The position numbers and the translations under genes were made by a program. Shown piece after piece: positions 9,744 to 19,284 of a DNA stretch of 64,000 nt. Numbering within the stretch: position 1 is the first letter of the stretch; each line of letters opens with the position of its first letter. A model generated the notes under the pieces. That model ran no database searches. It was given only the letters and a program-made list of their open reading frames with translations, and was not told the DNA's origin. Source of the stretch: Escherichia phage dhabil; sequence record MN850621.1; one strand, written 5' to 3'.

Positions 9744-9955
9744 GTATTGTTCTCACGAATTGTTTGTTCAGCATATTCTAGCATTTCTTCGGAAGAAGCA
9801 AACACGTCGTCAAGTTCCATGGCCCATGAAACACCTTCAGAATATTCAGAAGTGACATACATAGTTCCGGTATACCAAGAACCATCCACGTCCCATTCTA
9901 CATTACCGAACCAGCCATCGCCAATATGAAAATCATGTTTATACATTTTCATCAT
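9740..9955 (-). CDS. hypothetical acidic protein
   Basis: ORF with SD AGGATG before internal ATG; start uncertain. Confidence 0.4.
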   Translation of the reverse strand: MMKMYKHDFHIGDGWFGNVEWDVDGSWYTGTMYVTSEYSEGVSWAMELDDVFASSEEMLEYAEQTIRENNT

Positions 9956-10202
9956 TATAAGCATCCTTGATGCATGATTCAGCCATATGAATTAATGCCT
10001 CTGGAGTATCATCTTCCATTACATTAAAACTAAATTCTACAGCCCAATCGGTAGCAACATAAACTTTAATAAGCTCGCCGGTATCACGAGTGCTCACGGC
10101 TTCAAACCAGAACTTAATTGTACTAGGTTGACCATCATCATCAATAACTATACAGTCGTGTTCCAGTTCAAGTCCCGATTTTTTGAATTCATCTAAAGTC
10201 AT
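9939..10202 (-). CDS. hypothetical protein
   Basis: 87 aa ORF, ATG overlaps gene 47 stop. Confidence 0.45.
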   Translation of the reverse strand: MTLDEFKKSGLELEHDCIVIDDDGQPSTIKFWFEAVSTRDTGELIKVYVATDWAVEFSFNVMEDDTPEALIHMAESCIKDAYNDENV

Positions 10203-11221
10203 CGTGTAACCTCATTATAAAGTTGTGCAGCCATAGTCTTAAGGGCTTTAACATCGGCTTCAGTGTGGCCATCAGGAAGGGCGTCGATATAATCATACAT
10301 CATATCCAAGAGAGATTTAACTTCATCTTCCTCTTCAGAATCATCGATATAAACACTATTATCTACCTTAGACACAATACGTAAAGAGTGAACAACCTTT
10401 TCAAGCTCTGATTCGAACTTAGTAAGGCCATCATCAATTTTATCGACTATAACACGAACTGCGATATTTGTAAAATCTTTGTAATCGATAGTCGCGTTAG
10501 GGTAATGAATCTTACGATGCCAACAGGTTTCATTAATGATGAAATCCATTTTATGAGTTTCGGTATCAAAAATCCAGAAACCACGGGGGTCGTTCTCATC
10601 ACCTGCAGTCAGGGTCCATGGAGTACCAATGTACTTAACGTTTGCTGCATCAGAAATAGTGTGGAAGTGACCAGACCAAACTTGCTTATACTTTTTAAGG
10701 AAATCAGGTTCTAAACCATGGGATTTCATTCCTTTATAGAAATAGAAACCATTTAATTCCCAATGACCAATACAGAAATCTGCTGTGGTATTTTTGATAT
10801 GGTCCATGATATCGGTCGTGTTTTCTTCACACATCCATGGAATCAAATCAATTTCGGTGCCATCAAAGTTAACCGTAGTAGGTTTTTCAATAACCTTGAT
10901 ATGGTCATATTTACCCAGAACTTCAGAAGCAGCATTAGGAGTTAAGGTATTTTTGTAGTGCATATCATGATTACCAACAACAGTATACATGGTAATGCCA
11001 TTAGCTTTAAGCAAATCAGAGATTTCGCGAGCGAATTCCATACACTTATGGGTAATTGCTTTACGAACGTCAAAGATATCACCATACTGAATCCATACAG
11101 TAATACCATTTGCTTTAGAATAATTGATGGCGTCTTTAATGCCCGACAATTGAATGTTTTGCACCCAAGGGTCGTCGTTCTTAACTCCAAGGTGCCAGTC
11201 ACCTGTGTTTAATATTTTCAT
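10199..11221 (-). CDS. 47: recombination nuclease subunit gp47 (Mre11/SbcD-like)
   Basis: 340 aa; phosphoesterase motifs GDWHLG, GDIFD, GNHD, GHWE; T4 gp47-like. Confidence 0.93.
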   Translation of the reverse strand: MKILNTGDWHLGVKNDDPWVQNIQLSGIKDAINYSKANGITVWIQYGDIFDVRKAITHKCMEFAREISDLLKANGITMYTVVGNHDMHYKNTLTPNAASEVLGKYDHIKVIEKPTTVNFDGTEIDLIPWMCEENTTDIMDHIKNTTADFCIGHWELNGFYFYKGMKSHGLEPDFLKKYKQVWSGHFHTISDAANVKYIGTPWTLTAGDENDPRGFWIFDTETHKMDFIINETCWHRKIHYPNATIDYKDFTNIAVRVIVDKIDDGLTKFESELEKVVHSLRIVSKVDNSVYIDDSEEEDEVKSLLDMMYDYIDALPDGHTEADVKALKTMAAQLYNEVTR

Positions 11222-11267
11222 AATATCCTCGCTTAATTAAACCTATTTTATCATCCATTCAGAAAGC

Positions 11268-11290
11268 AAAAAAGGAGCCTAAGCTCCTTT
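11268..11290 (-). terminator. intrinsic terminator upstream of gene 47
   Basis: Minus GGAGC-TTAG-GCTCC followed by TTTTTT. Confidence 0.55.
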
Positions 11291-11694
11291 ACCAATTAAT
11301 ACGCCATACAGAGGTTCATGAGAAGACCTGAACTTGATTTTCTTATAAGTAATAGTACCTTCATTTTCCGCTTTAATACGAGCAGCTTCAAATTTAAGTA
11401 TCATCTCATTTTTGTCAGATTTAATCTTATCAAAATCCATCGAATTCGTCATTCATAAAACCTCTTAAAAATCAGGATGTTCGTCTTTCATTAGCCACCT
11501 GTCCATGTTATCATCGTTGCCACCATTTCTTAAGTTGGTGCGAATCCACCCAAACCTTGGCTACAGGCTCAATCCGAAAAATTTCATCGGAATATTGCCC
11601 AACCATTTTATATTCGGTTTCAGTCTGCTTAATACAAATATTACCGTATGAGCGAAGTCTGAAGGCGGCTCCAATAAGAAGCCGTTTAAAGGGT

Positions 11695-12006
11695 TTATTT
11701 ACTAGCGCCATTGATAATTTCCCAAATCTGTTTACGCGTAGTTTCCCACATAACTCTAACGATTTCGTCAGTAGTTGGTTGACGGTAAATACCACGTAAT
11801 TTAATTATAGCATATTTGTAAGCTTCGAAATTGTTTTCGAGAACAGCGCCCTGAGCATGTGTATTAAGACGCTTAATTTCACGGGCATTCTTTTTAAGAA
11901 TTTTGGCAGCTTGAGAAGCGGCTTCTTTAGCATTATTCTCTTCTAAACGCTTCTGGGCTTCTTCAATTTGCTCTTCGGTCAATTGAGAAATGTCGGTGCT
12001 TTGCAT
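11695..12006 (-). CDS. hypothetical protein
   Basis: 103 aa ORF, charged/helical. Confidence 0.45.
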   Translation of the reverse strand: MQSTDISQLTEEQIEEAQKRLEENNAKEAASQAAKILKKNAREIKRLNTHAQGAVLENNFEAYKYAIIKLRGIYRQPTTDEIVRVMWETTRKQIWEIINGASK

Positions 12007-12007
12007 A

Positions 12008-12235
12008 TTAATCCTTGTAATTCAGTTTTATATAAAAATCTTCGTCGGTAACGTGATAGTTATAAGTTAATGTTCCTTTTTCAGCTTTAATTTCTACCGA
12101 ATCAGGGTGTTTTGGGTCTATTACAATAGGAAGCTTGGCAATATCCTTAAGATACATTTTAAGAACATAAGGAATTGCCGAATACTCTCCATCTACTTCT
12201 TCTAAAAGGCCTACCAGGTTAATCTTGAGTTCCAT
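12008..12235 (-). CDS. hypothetical protein
   Basis: ORF downstream of gene 55; start set to internal ATG (MELKIN...); track start is TTG. Confidence 0.4.
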   Translation of the reverse strand: MELKINLVGLLEEVDGEYSAIPYVLKMYLKDIAKLPIVIDPKHPDSVEIKAEKGTLTYNYHVTDEDFYIKLNYKD

Positions 12236-12776
12236 ATAAAAAATCCAGCTCACCAACTTTAGATTCGGCGCTCTTATCAGACCCTGGCGCTTTAACTAAA
12301 GAGGTTTCATACTGAGTCATTTTGTCGTAAATATCCTGGATAAAAGTTTCATCTGCGATACCTACCATGTCGTCGTCATTAGCGTCATAAACGTTATGGA
12401 CGAAGTAGCTGTATTTCTTTGCCATTTCTTTGCGTTCTTTCTTGATACGCTGAACAAAGGCATTAAAACAAGCCATAGTGATATATGCATGTGGGTTGTC
12501 GTATTTTGTTTCGTCGAAGTTGTGAAGACCTTTAATAGAAGCTTCGATTCCATCAGCAATCATTTCTTGCTTCCAAGATTGGGTATACCCGGAGAAGTTG
12601 AAACGCTTAGAAAGGCCTTCAGCAATGAGCATAATAGCCAAGCCGATAACATCGTTCTGACGAACTATTTTATTAGGATCGGTATTTTCTCGGAGCTCTG
12701 TTTTCCACTGGGTAATGGCTTTCAGAAGCTCCTTATTATTTACATAGTTATTTTTAGTCAGTTTAATTTCGGTCAT
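12219..12776 (-). CDS. 55: late-transcription sigma factor gp55
   Basis: 185 aa; sequence (…[52 protein letters not shown]…) closely resembles T4 gp55. Confidence 0.95.
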   Translation of the reverse strand: MTEIKLTKNNYVNNKELLKAITQWKTELRENTDPNKIVRQNDVIGLAIMLIAEGLSKRFNFSGYTQSWKQEMIADGIEASIKGLHNFDETKYDNPHAYITMACFNAFVQRIKKERKEMAKKYSYFVHNVYDANDDDMVGIADETFIQDIYDKMTQYETSLVKAPGSDKSAESKVGELDFLYGTQD

Positions 12777-12799
12777 TGTTACCTCAGATAACTCAAATC

Positions 12800-12840
12800 A
12801 TAGGTCTATTATATCATAGTATTTGAAGACCCGTTTAAAG
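12800..12840 (-). promoter_or_regulatory. promoter-like element upstream of gene 55
   Basis: Minus strand TATAAT followed by cassette core AGACCTAT; -35 unclear. Confidence 0.4.
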
Positions 12841-12842
12841 CA

Positions 12843-13106
12843 TCAACGGAGTAAGCAATAAGCCTGAAATACTGTTTCAAGAATTTTTTTGAACTCTTCG
12901 AAGGAAGGGGCTCCTTCAAATCCTTGGCTTTGAATATAAAGGCAGAATTGTTGGTAAAGGACTAAATATTCGGATTGGTTGTATTTGGAAATATGAGACT
13001 TCCACACTTCAGAAGTCTCTCCGCAAATAAACTCAACATTCATATAGTTATCTATTAAGAAAAATCCTAAGCCTTCATAAGCCAATGTTATGGATACAGG
13101 CGTCAT
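12843..13106 (-). CDS. hypothetical protein
   Basis: 87 aa ORF with ATG start. Confidence 0.45.
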   Translation of the reverse strand: MTPVSITLAYEGLGFFLIDNYMNVEFICGETSEVWKSHISKYNQSEYLVLYQQFCLYIQSQGFEGAPSFEEFKKILETVFQAYCLLR

Positions 13107-13369
13107 TGTAGGAATCGGGCTCCTTCTAGTGCATCATCAAGATTATCAAACTCGTCAACGTAATCAATACCGCCGACCTCATCTTTAGCGTATAGCCAGT
13201 ACCGTTTAAATTCATATTCGATAATAAAGTGGTCACCCTCAATCTGGAGAACCCCATCACTATTAAATTGAACTGCATAACCTGTAAAGCGGACATCATT
13301 CAAGAGTTCTTCTTTCATAGCAATCATTTCCAAGTTTTTATCGTAATTAGAGAGTTTTATTTTAATCAT
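13103..13369 (-). CDS. hypothetical protein
   Basis: 88 aa ORF, ATG overlaps downstream neighbour. Confidence 0.45.
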   Translation of the reverse strand: MIKIKLSNYDKNLEMIAMKEELLNDVRFTGYAVQFNSDGVLQIEGDHFIIEYEFKRYWLYAKDEVGGIDYVDEFDNLDDALEGARFLQ

Positions 13370-13610
13370 TTAAATAATCCTCAAATTCATTTAATGTCAT
13401 GCCTTCGTCCCAAGCTATTTTAGGATCGGGCATTTTCATATAAGTGGTCTTAGAGCTTATAGGAAATATCCTGAAATCGCGATGACTTCCACTTAACATA
13501 TTAGCCGCTTTTATAATAGTTTCACTATTATTCATCATAGGGGTACGTTGGAAACCGGCTAAAGATTTAAGGACTATTATAACCGATACATCTTCAGGCA
13601 AATTACTCAT
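13362..13610 (-). CDS. hypothetical protein
   Basis: 82 aa ORF, ATGA-type overlap with neighbours. Confidence 0.45.
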   Translation of the reverse strand: MSNLPEDVSVIIVLKSLAGFQRTPMMNNSETIIKAANMLSGSHRDFRIFPISSKTTYMKMPDPKIAWDEGMTLNEFEDYLND

Positions 13611-13936
13611 TTAGCAGCCTTAACAATTTTCAGGTCAACGAATTTTTTCTTACGTTGATTCTTCATACGACGGATGGTTTTGTCCGTGATTTCACCCGGG
13701 CACCAAGCTTTAGATTCGACACCAAAGGCGGCCACATCAAACTCGTCGAGAATATATTGAACCAGGATTTCACGAATACCGTTCTTACCAATTTTTTGGT
13801 CTTTAGAGTGCATGATTGGTAACAGTTCAGCAACCCATTGGTCAAGAACCTGAGGAGTTACAAAGCCGGTTTTCATCAGTTCGTTAACTTTATCGAAAGC
13901 GAAAGAGTTCAGTACGTTTTTAATAGCTTGTGACAT
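13607..13936 (-). CDS. hypothetical basic protein
   Basis: 109 aa; N-terminus MSQAI and 5' leader identical to gene at 20456-21301; promoter cassette upstream. Confidence 0.5.
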   Translation of the reverse strand: MSQAIKNVLNSFAFDKVNELMKTGFVTPQVLDQWVAELLPIMHSKDQKIGKNGIREILVQYILDEFDVAAFGVESKAWCPGEITDKTIRRMKNQRKKKFVDLKIVKAAK

Positions 13937-13967
13937 AATAATTTCCTCAGTTTAAAATTTATAATCC

Positions 13968-14005
13968 GTGGGACCATTATACTCTGGTCCCAAGAGTTTG
14001 TAAAC
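13968..14005 (-). promoter_or_regulatory. early promoter within inverted repeat
   Basis: Minus GTTTAC, 18 nt, TATAAT; -10 sits inside palindrome GGGACCA…TGGTCCC. Confidence 0.6.
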
Positions 14006-14205
14006 TATTTTTGTGCTAATGCACCTTTCCAACCTTCATACATCATCGCGGCCGATATTAATATTGCTCCTGAGCATTTTGAATATTTGTTATTCCAAAA
14101 CCAGTTTAGAAAAACTTCGTCATCAATACCTTGAGCTATCATATTTTCAAAGAACTGACGACGAGCTTCAGCAATTCGTTGTGATAATTTAGATTCAGGA
14201 TTCAT
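14005..14205 (-). CDS. hypothetical protein
   Basis: 66 aa ORF with ATG. Confidence 0.4.
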   Translation of the reverse strand: MNPESKLSQRIAEARRQFFENMIAQGIDDEVFLNWFWNNKYSKCSGAILISAAMMYEGWKGALAQK

Positions 14206-14344
14206 TTAAATTTTCCAGTTACCGTTTTCATCAATAAATTCAATCCAGTCATTTACTGACCACTTAGTCGTATCGCCTTTTGGAGCAACATTTAAAGTGT
14301 ATAATCCTTGTTTAAAAAGCATACGTTTGATATTCATACTTTCC

Positions 14345-14638
14345 TCAGCTGTAACGATAGCATTCGTTTGATTTACGTTTTGCAACTCGATGAGAAGTAT
14401 TGTAATCAGGTTCATCGTAGTTGTAAACATCTTTTTTCAGTTTTCTTACTTCTTTACGAAGTTGGCGGTTCATTTCATTCTTAACTTCAGAATCAACGCC
14501 ACGCATACGTTTCCACTTGTCAGATCGGAAGATATTTTCTTCAACTCGTTCCTGACTTACGCCATCTGGTGCTTTACGGCGTCCGGAATAATAAAAATCT
14601 TTTACAGACAATTCTTTACGACGGATAGTTTTACCCAT
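14345..14638 (-). CDS. hypothetical basic protein
   Basis: 97 aa, Lys/Arg-rich. Confidence 0.45.
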   Translation of the reverse strand: MGKTIRRKELSVKDFYYSGRRKAPDGVSQERVEENIFRSDKWKRMRGVDSEVKNEMNRQLRKEVRKLKKDVYNYDEPDYNTSHRVAKRKSNECYRYS

Positions 14639-14640
14639 AG

Positions 14641-14895
14641 TTACCTCAACAGTTTGTATCCAATAAGATTTTTAATATACTGGATATCTTTGATATCCAA
14701 ATCCAACTTAAGGTCTTTCAGACGGTCGGCCAGGGTCAAAAAGGTTACATGCTTCCAATTCTTCACTGGGCAGCAATAAGTCTTAGGACCATTTGCAATT
14801 TCAATATTCTTATCAGTGATGGTGAGAAAAATCAAACGTTCATCATCAAGATTAAGGGTGATGACATTTTTCATTGAATGCAATTTCAGGCTCAT
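14641..14895 (-). CDS. hypothetical protein
   Basis: 84 aa ORF with ATG. Confidence 0.45.
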   Translation of the reverse strand: MSLKLHSMKNVITLNLDDERLIFLTITDKNIEIANGPKTYCCPVKNWKHVTFLTLADRLKDLKLDLDIKDIQYIKNLIGYKLLR

Positions 14896-15074
14896 AATTT
14901 AATTTCCTTAGCTATCGAACAAAATACACCACGGTCACAAATCATTTTAATATTAAGGTCAATTATGGTATACCACACGTCCAGGCTAGATATTTCAGTT
15001 ACTAGAACAGCTTTGCCGTTGATTGAATAATACTGGTTGACTTTAATTTCTTTATCTTGGATAGTCATAATGTT

Positions 15075-15126
15075 CTCCTCATGTGTTGATAGGATAGACT
15101 ATAACACGTGAGGAGAGGAAGTAAAC
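15075..15126 (-). promoter_or_regulatory. early promoter cassette
   Basis: GTTTAC -35; cassette core flanked by 11-bp inverted repeat CTCCTCATGTG/CACGTGAGGAG. Confidence 0.55.
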
Positions 15127-15127
15127 A

Positions 15128-15445
15128 CTAATCTTCAATTAAATCTCGGTCATAGCCAAGCTCAATCAAAAGGGATTTGAAGGCAGGAATATTTTCTATT
15201 TTCTTATTATCAACAAAGATTACAGGATAGCGTATAGCTAAGCTCTTGAAGCCTGCACGTTTGGCCAATGATACTATAAGAGGCTTGTCATATACTGCGC
15301 CTGACGGCGTCTGATTAATCACAGGATAGAAAGTATGTGGGATAGAAAGGGAATTTAGGAGCGATAGAACTGCAATGCACCCTGGACAGCGCATGACTGT
15401 CTCAGGTATACCGTAAATCTCAATTTTAGTTAACTTTTGGTCCAC
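15128..15445 (-). CDS. glutaredoxin/NrdH-like redoxin
   Basis: CPGC active-site motif about 17 residues after a GTG start with AAGGAG upstream; thioredoxin-fold pattern; at T4 nrdH position. Confidence 0.45.
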   Translation of the reverse strand: MDQKLTKIEIYGIPETVMRCPGCIAVLSLLNSLSIPHTFYPVINQTPSGAVYDKPLIVSLAKRAGFKSLAIRYPVIFVDNKKIENIPAFKSLLIELGYDRDLIED

Positions 15446-15722
15446 AGGAAATAACTCCTTGGTAGTCCCAAGTTTTGATAACTTCGTCTTCATTAGTTCC
15501 ATATGGGATGTAAATCTGGATAAGGAACCCGGTATCATCAAAAGAGAAGTAGACCGTAGGTTTAATACCGTGAATCTCTGACAGAGCATAGATGTCCTTG
15601 AGGTCATCTTCCTTATCTTTAAAGAATTCTGGGTTCAGGTCACAGTCATGGAAGTACCATTCTTGGCCAAACTTGTCCCAAGCACCCCAATCAGTAGCTA
15701 CATATTCTTCAAAACGTTTCAT
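15426..15722 (-). CDS. hypothetical acidic protein
   Basis: 98 aa ORF with ATG. Confidence 0.45.
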   Translation of the reverse strand: MKRFEEYVATDWGAWDKFGQEWYFHDCDLNPEFFKDKEDDLKDIYALSEIHGIKPTVYFSFDDTGFLIQIYIPYGTNEDEVIKTWDYQGVISCGPKVN

Positions 15723-15934
15723 TCTTTAACCTTCATCATTTTAGAAATAACACTATGGACAGACTGGATTCGTTTTTCGAACTCAGACTCTTCAAGACCC
15801 TTTTCAGTACTCAGCGCACCAATCATCACAAACAGCAATCCGAATGGGATGACCAGGATTAAAAGACACACAATAAACAGGACAAATGTAATATTGGCCA
15901 GGATATCAGAAACAGCGTTACGAAATTTATTCAT
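15719..15934 (-). CDS. hypothetical membrane protein
   Basis: One long hydrophobic helix; start set to internal ATG (MNKFRN). Confidence 0.4.
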   Translation of the reverse strand: MNKFRNAVSDILANITFVLFIVCLLILVIPFGLLFVMIGALSTEKGLEESEFEKRIQSVHSVISKMMKVKE

Positions 15935-16055
15935 TAAAGAACCCACATATTAGTTACAACAAATAACCATTGAGCAGGATACTCAACACCCATAATACGC
16001 CCTGCATCGTTCAGAGATTCAACTAGAGCATAGAATGTGTAGCCATAAAAATTAA

Positions 16056-16529
16056 TCATTTAAGCGATTTCCTCAGTTGTTTTTTAAATGAATCAACCAT
16101 TTGTTTTTTGGTATCAGATTCATTATAAGTCATTCCGTGTGAAAGCATTTCAGCAATCATTTCTTCCTTACCTAATCTACTGAACTCTTTGGTTTTATCA
16201 GGAACGAAATTAGGATGGATATTGTTTTCGGTATAATCAGCTTTTAGATAGACCAGCAAATTCTCTAACCATTCGAGGTAGTCAACGTTTTGACCTTTAA
16301 GACCAGAACGGTTGAACTTATGCTTCATTTGTCCTTCTGCAGCATTGCACAGGTTACATAGTAAACCACGAACCTTACCGGCTTTTGGCCCGTTCAATTC
16401 ATGGTCGTGGTCAAGGTGGTTACTTTGAACATCAGGGTTTAATTCACGTTTACAAATCAAACACTTACCATGTTGTGCATCATAAAGTTTTTGTTTTTCT
16501 TCTTTGTATAGTTTGCCAGTCAACAACAT
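16056..16529 (-). CDS. 49: endonuclease VII (Holliday junction resolvase) gp49
   Basis: 157 aa; MLLTGKLYKEEKQKLYDAQHGKCLICKRELNPDVQSNHLDHDHELNGPKAGKVRGLLCNLCNAAEG is near-identical to T4 endo VII as I recall it. Confidence 0.96.
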   Translation of the reverse strand: MLLTGKLYKEEKQKLYDAQHGKCLICKRELNPDVQSNHLDHDHELNGPKAGKVRGLLCNLCNAAEGQMKHKFNRSGLKGQNVDYLEWLENLLVYLKADYTENNIHPNFVPDKTKEFSRLGKEEMIAEMLSHGMTYNESDTKKQMVDSFKKQLRKSLK

Positions 16530-17030
16530 AATAAACCCTTACCATTATTAGATAAGGGTATTTATTAAACGTTATAAAATGAGCGATGCAACCTTTTAAA
16601 TTGACGAATCATCTTTTTGGTAGGACGGGTATATAATCCTACACAAGTGGCCATAAACTGGTCAGTAGGACTTCCTTTGATAAGAAGTTTCCAGACCTTG
16701 TCACCATTTAACTTTTCGGTATAGACTAATTTAGTTTTCATCAGAAGACCTCGTCAGAAAAGCGGAGTTGCGCTTCAAGCCAATGGATATAATCGGCTGC
16801 AGCTTTAATCAAATCAGACTCTAGGTCAGGTAAAGAACCCGAATCCGATAACTCGTAAAGCGAATGTTCAATCAGACGGCCTTTATGACGGCCAATTTCA
16901 ATTTTGGTACTCATATCCAAACTCCATATCGATTAAATCATTGTTTGAAGGTTCATTATACTCTATTTCGGAATCGTTGTAAACCGGTTCCTCTGGCTCG
17001 GTAGTTTCCCACCGAGCGACATACCACGGC

Positions 17031-17339
17031 TTAACGGTCACACCACCAACTACTTACTTCAAAATCAGGCTCGCCGTTTTCCCAATACCAAGGGCCAACC
17101 GGATGCCAATCACCATGCTCATCTTCTTCAAATTCTTCGGATTCGAGCCCGACGTATTGCCATTGAACTTCATAAGCAGTGCCACCAATTACAACAGTAT
17201 TCTCACCATACGGATTAGCCACAGCAAAGTCAATACCTTCTGCTTTAGCCAACCAAACCATGTATTCATAGAGTTTATATTCTAGGTCGTCTTCGGTGCC
17301 ATCACCTAGAAAAATGGTTTGTTCGTTTAACCCAATCAT
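17031..17339 (-). CDS. hypothetical acidic protein
   Basis: 102 aa ORF. Confidence 0.45.
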   Translation of the reverse strand: MIGLNEQTIFLGDGTEDDLEYKLYEYMVWLAKAEGIDFAVANPYGENTVVIGGTAYEVQWQYVGLESEEFEEDEHGDWHPVGPWYWENGEPDFEVSSWWCDR

Positions 17340-17508
17340 AATTCCACCATAAATTCAAATAACTGGTCGCGTACACAAGTATCAGTCCAACCCCATTCGT
17401 TGGCTTCTTCTTTTAACCAATCCGGGAGATTTGCTAATACGGTTTCTTTACTAGGGGCAGGAGTATCAAACTCTCCTGCACAGGTTTTATAGGCCATATC
17501 AAATTTGG

Positions 17509-17772
17509 TCATTTGAAATACGCCCGCAGTTGGTCAAAGCCACCAATAGAAGTTCCATCAGGAGCAAATACCTGAGGCATAGTCAAACCTACTTGAGATT
17601 CACGACCAAGAGCAGTCAAGAGTTCAGCAATCTTCTCATCATCAAATACACCTTTTTCCGGCATCACGTTAATGAATTCGTAAGGTTGTTTCTTAACATC
17701 AAGTAGACGTTTGGCATTATCACAGAAAACACAACGGTGAATATTTGAATCGTAACCATAAACTTTAAACAT
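17509..17772 (-). CDS. nrdC: thioredoxin/glutaredoxin NrdC
   Basis: 87 aa; CVFC redox motif; sequence closely resembles T4 NrdC. Confidence 0.9.
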   Translation of the reverse strand: MFKVYGYDSNIHRCVFCDNAKRLLDVKKQPYEFINVMPEKGVFDDEKIAELLTALGRESQVGLTMPQVFAPDGTSIGGFDQLRAYFK

Positions 17773-17773
17773 T

Positions 17774-18010
17774 TTAAATTCCTAATACTTGTTTGAATGC
17801 TTCAGAACGGTCAAGTTCTGTTCCATATTTTTCGAGGTGTTCGTATTTTAAATCATAAACATCAGATAGTATATTATTATACGAACGAGTTAAAGCAGAT
17901 TTCAATACTGAATAACTGTCCGGGAATTTACCATGCTCTTTATAATAAGCCAAAGTAAGTTCGCGAACCGCCTTATCGGCGGCCTCTACATATTCTTTAC
18001 GCTTTGCCAT
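17774..18010 (-). CDS. hypothetical protein
   Basis: ORF downstream of nrdC; start set to ATG (MAKRKEY); track start is TTG. Confidence 0.45.
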   Translation of the reverse strand: MAKRKEYVEAADKAVRELTLAYYKEHGKFPDSYSVLKSALTRSYNNILSDVYDLKYEHLEKYGTELDRSEAFKQVLGI

Positions 18011-18218
18011 TTTCGTCTCGCTCAAATTTGTGCTTACAATGACGGCATTTATACTGAAGCGGATTATGACGCCATTGAATCAACTGGACCTGTTCAGTTC
18101 CACATTCAGGACAATTTGGAACATTCTTAGAAGCTCGTTCGCGACGTTCGACAATTTTAATAATTTGATTCCAATCAGGAATAGTTTGGTCGATATCATC
18201 GGCTAATTGATATTTCAT
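17997..18218 (-). CDS. zinc-ribbon protein
   Basis: 73 aa; CPECG…CRHC four-cysteine pattern. Confidence 0.45.
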   Translation of the reverse strand: MKYQLADDIDQTIPDWNQIIKIVERRERASKNVPNCPECGTEQVQLIQWRHNPLQYKCRHCKHKFERDENGKA

Positions 18219-19225
18219 TTCAACAGCTCCAGAGCTTGTTCAAGACGGTCTAAACGATTGGTAGACTCTTCCCAAAGTTTCTTGGCAGCGGTATATTGGC
18301 CAGTCAGTTTTTTGTTAATAGCAAGGGCATCTTTATACGCTTTTTCTAAGGCAACGATTTCCGGTAACTTGGATTTAGTAATTGGTGTAGGAGCCATGAT
18401 AGGGCTATTCAAGTCATTAATCAAGTCTTCTAATGTAGCAGGCTCTTTATCGGTGTTCACAATTTCCTCACATTTTTCTTGGTAAATTTCAGCATCGGTT
18501 TTTGGAACAGGACATTTGATTTCGCGGACTTTTACTAAGACCTCGTATCCTTTCCAGCCATAGAAATGTTTTACTTCTTGAGTCTCATATTTCTCTACTG
18601 TATCCATAAAAGCTAAGGCTTGTTCGATAATATTCAAGGTGTCGTAAGCAATATCTTGATACTTTACAACTTCCGCGTCATCTTTAGGTTTCCTATTAGG
18701 TGACCAAATAACAGAAATAATAGCTTTTCCTTTATAACTATTTGTTTTAATCATGCAATTAGCCATAGGGTGAATAGTACGGGAATCACCAGAAACTATG
18801 GTTTTAGAGGCCGCTTTGAGAATTAATGCAGAGTTAGCCTTAAATTCGCTAGTCCAACGCTGTGGAAATAGACCACTAGGATCCATACCTTTCATTTTGA
18901 TATAGCTTTTTAAAACATCACCAAACCATTGGTAGCTAACAACGTGGCTGGAACCTGGGTGTTTCTCTTTGCCAAACTCTGAAAGGATATCCTTATTAAC
19001 CAGCCGCGAAAGCAGTCGAGAACCTTTAAATGTATCTATGATATCAGGGATAAACAAACGCCCTGCAATCTTTTCTATTTCAGATTTAAAATACAGCGAC
19101 AAATCTTCGTCAATTTGGTCTACCCATTTATTGATATTAGAAACTATCACCTCATATGGGGTTAATGGAGGGGTATTGTCAGTGATATACGTAGTAAAGG
19201 CATTGATGTATTCAGTACGGGTCAT
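18215..19225 (-). CDS. hypothetical protein (C-terminal coiled coil)
   Basis: 337 aa from ATG at 19225 (MTRTEY); SD GAGGAG; promoter cassette upstream. Confidence 0.55.
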   Translation of the reverse strand: MTRTEYINAFTTYITDNTPPLTPYEVIVSNINKWVDQIDEDLSLYFKSEIEKIAGRLFIPDIIDTFKGSRLLSRLVNKDILSEFGKEKHPGSSHVVSYQWFGDVLKSYIKMKGMDPSGLFPQRWTSEFKANSALILKAASKTIVSGDSRTIHPMANCMIKTNSYKGKAIISVIWSPNRKPKDDAEVVKYQDIAYDTLNIIEQALAFMDTVEKYETQEVKHFYGWKGYEVLVKVREIKCPVPKTDAEIYQEKCEEIVNTDKEPATLEDLINDLNSPIMAPTPITKSKLPEIVALEKAYKDALAINKKLTGQYTAAKKLWEESTNRLDRLEQALELLK

Positions 19226-19231
19226 GATATT

Positions 19232-19283
19232 CTCCTCAGTAGTTGATAAAAGGATTATACTCCATCCGTCCTTGGATGTAAAC
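19232..19283 (-). promoter_or_regulatory. early promoter cassette (degenerate)
   Basis: GTTTAC -35 directly after upstream stop; TTGATA core; SD GAGGAG and ATG at 19225. Confidence 0.5.
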
Positions 19284-19284
19284 A

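Noticed and set aside
11511-11795. 94-aa ORF overlapping the 11695-12006 gene
   Set aside because: Extensive out-of-frame overlap; only a shorter version from an internal ATG would be compatible and it lacks a clear ribosome-binding site.
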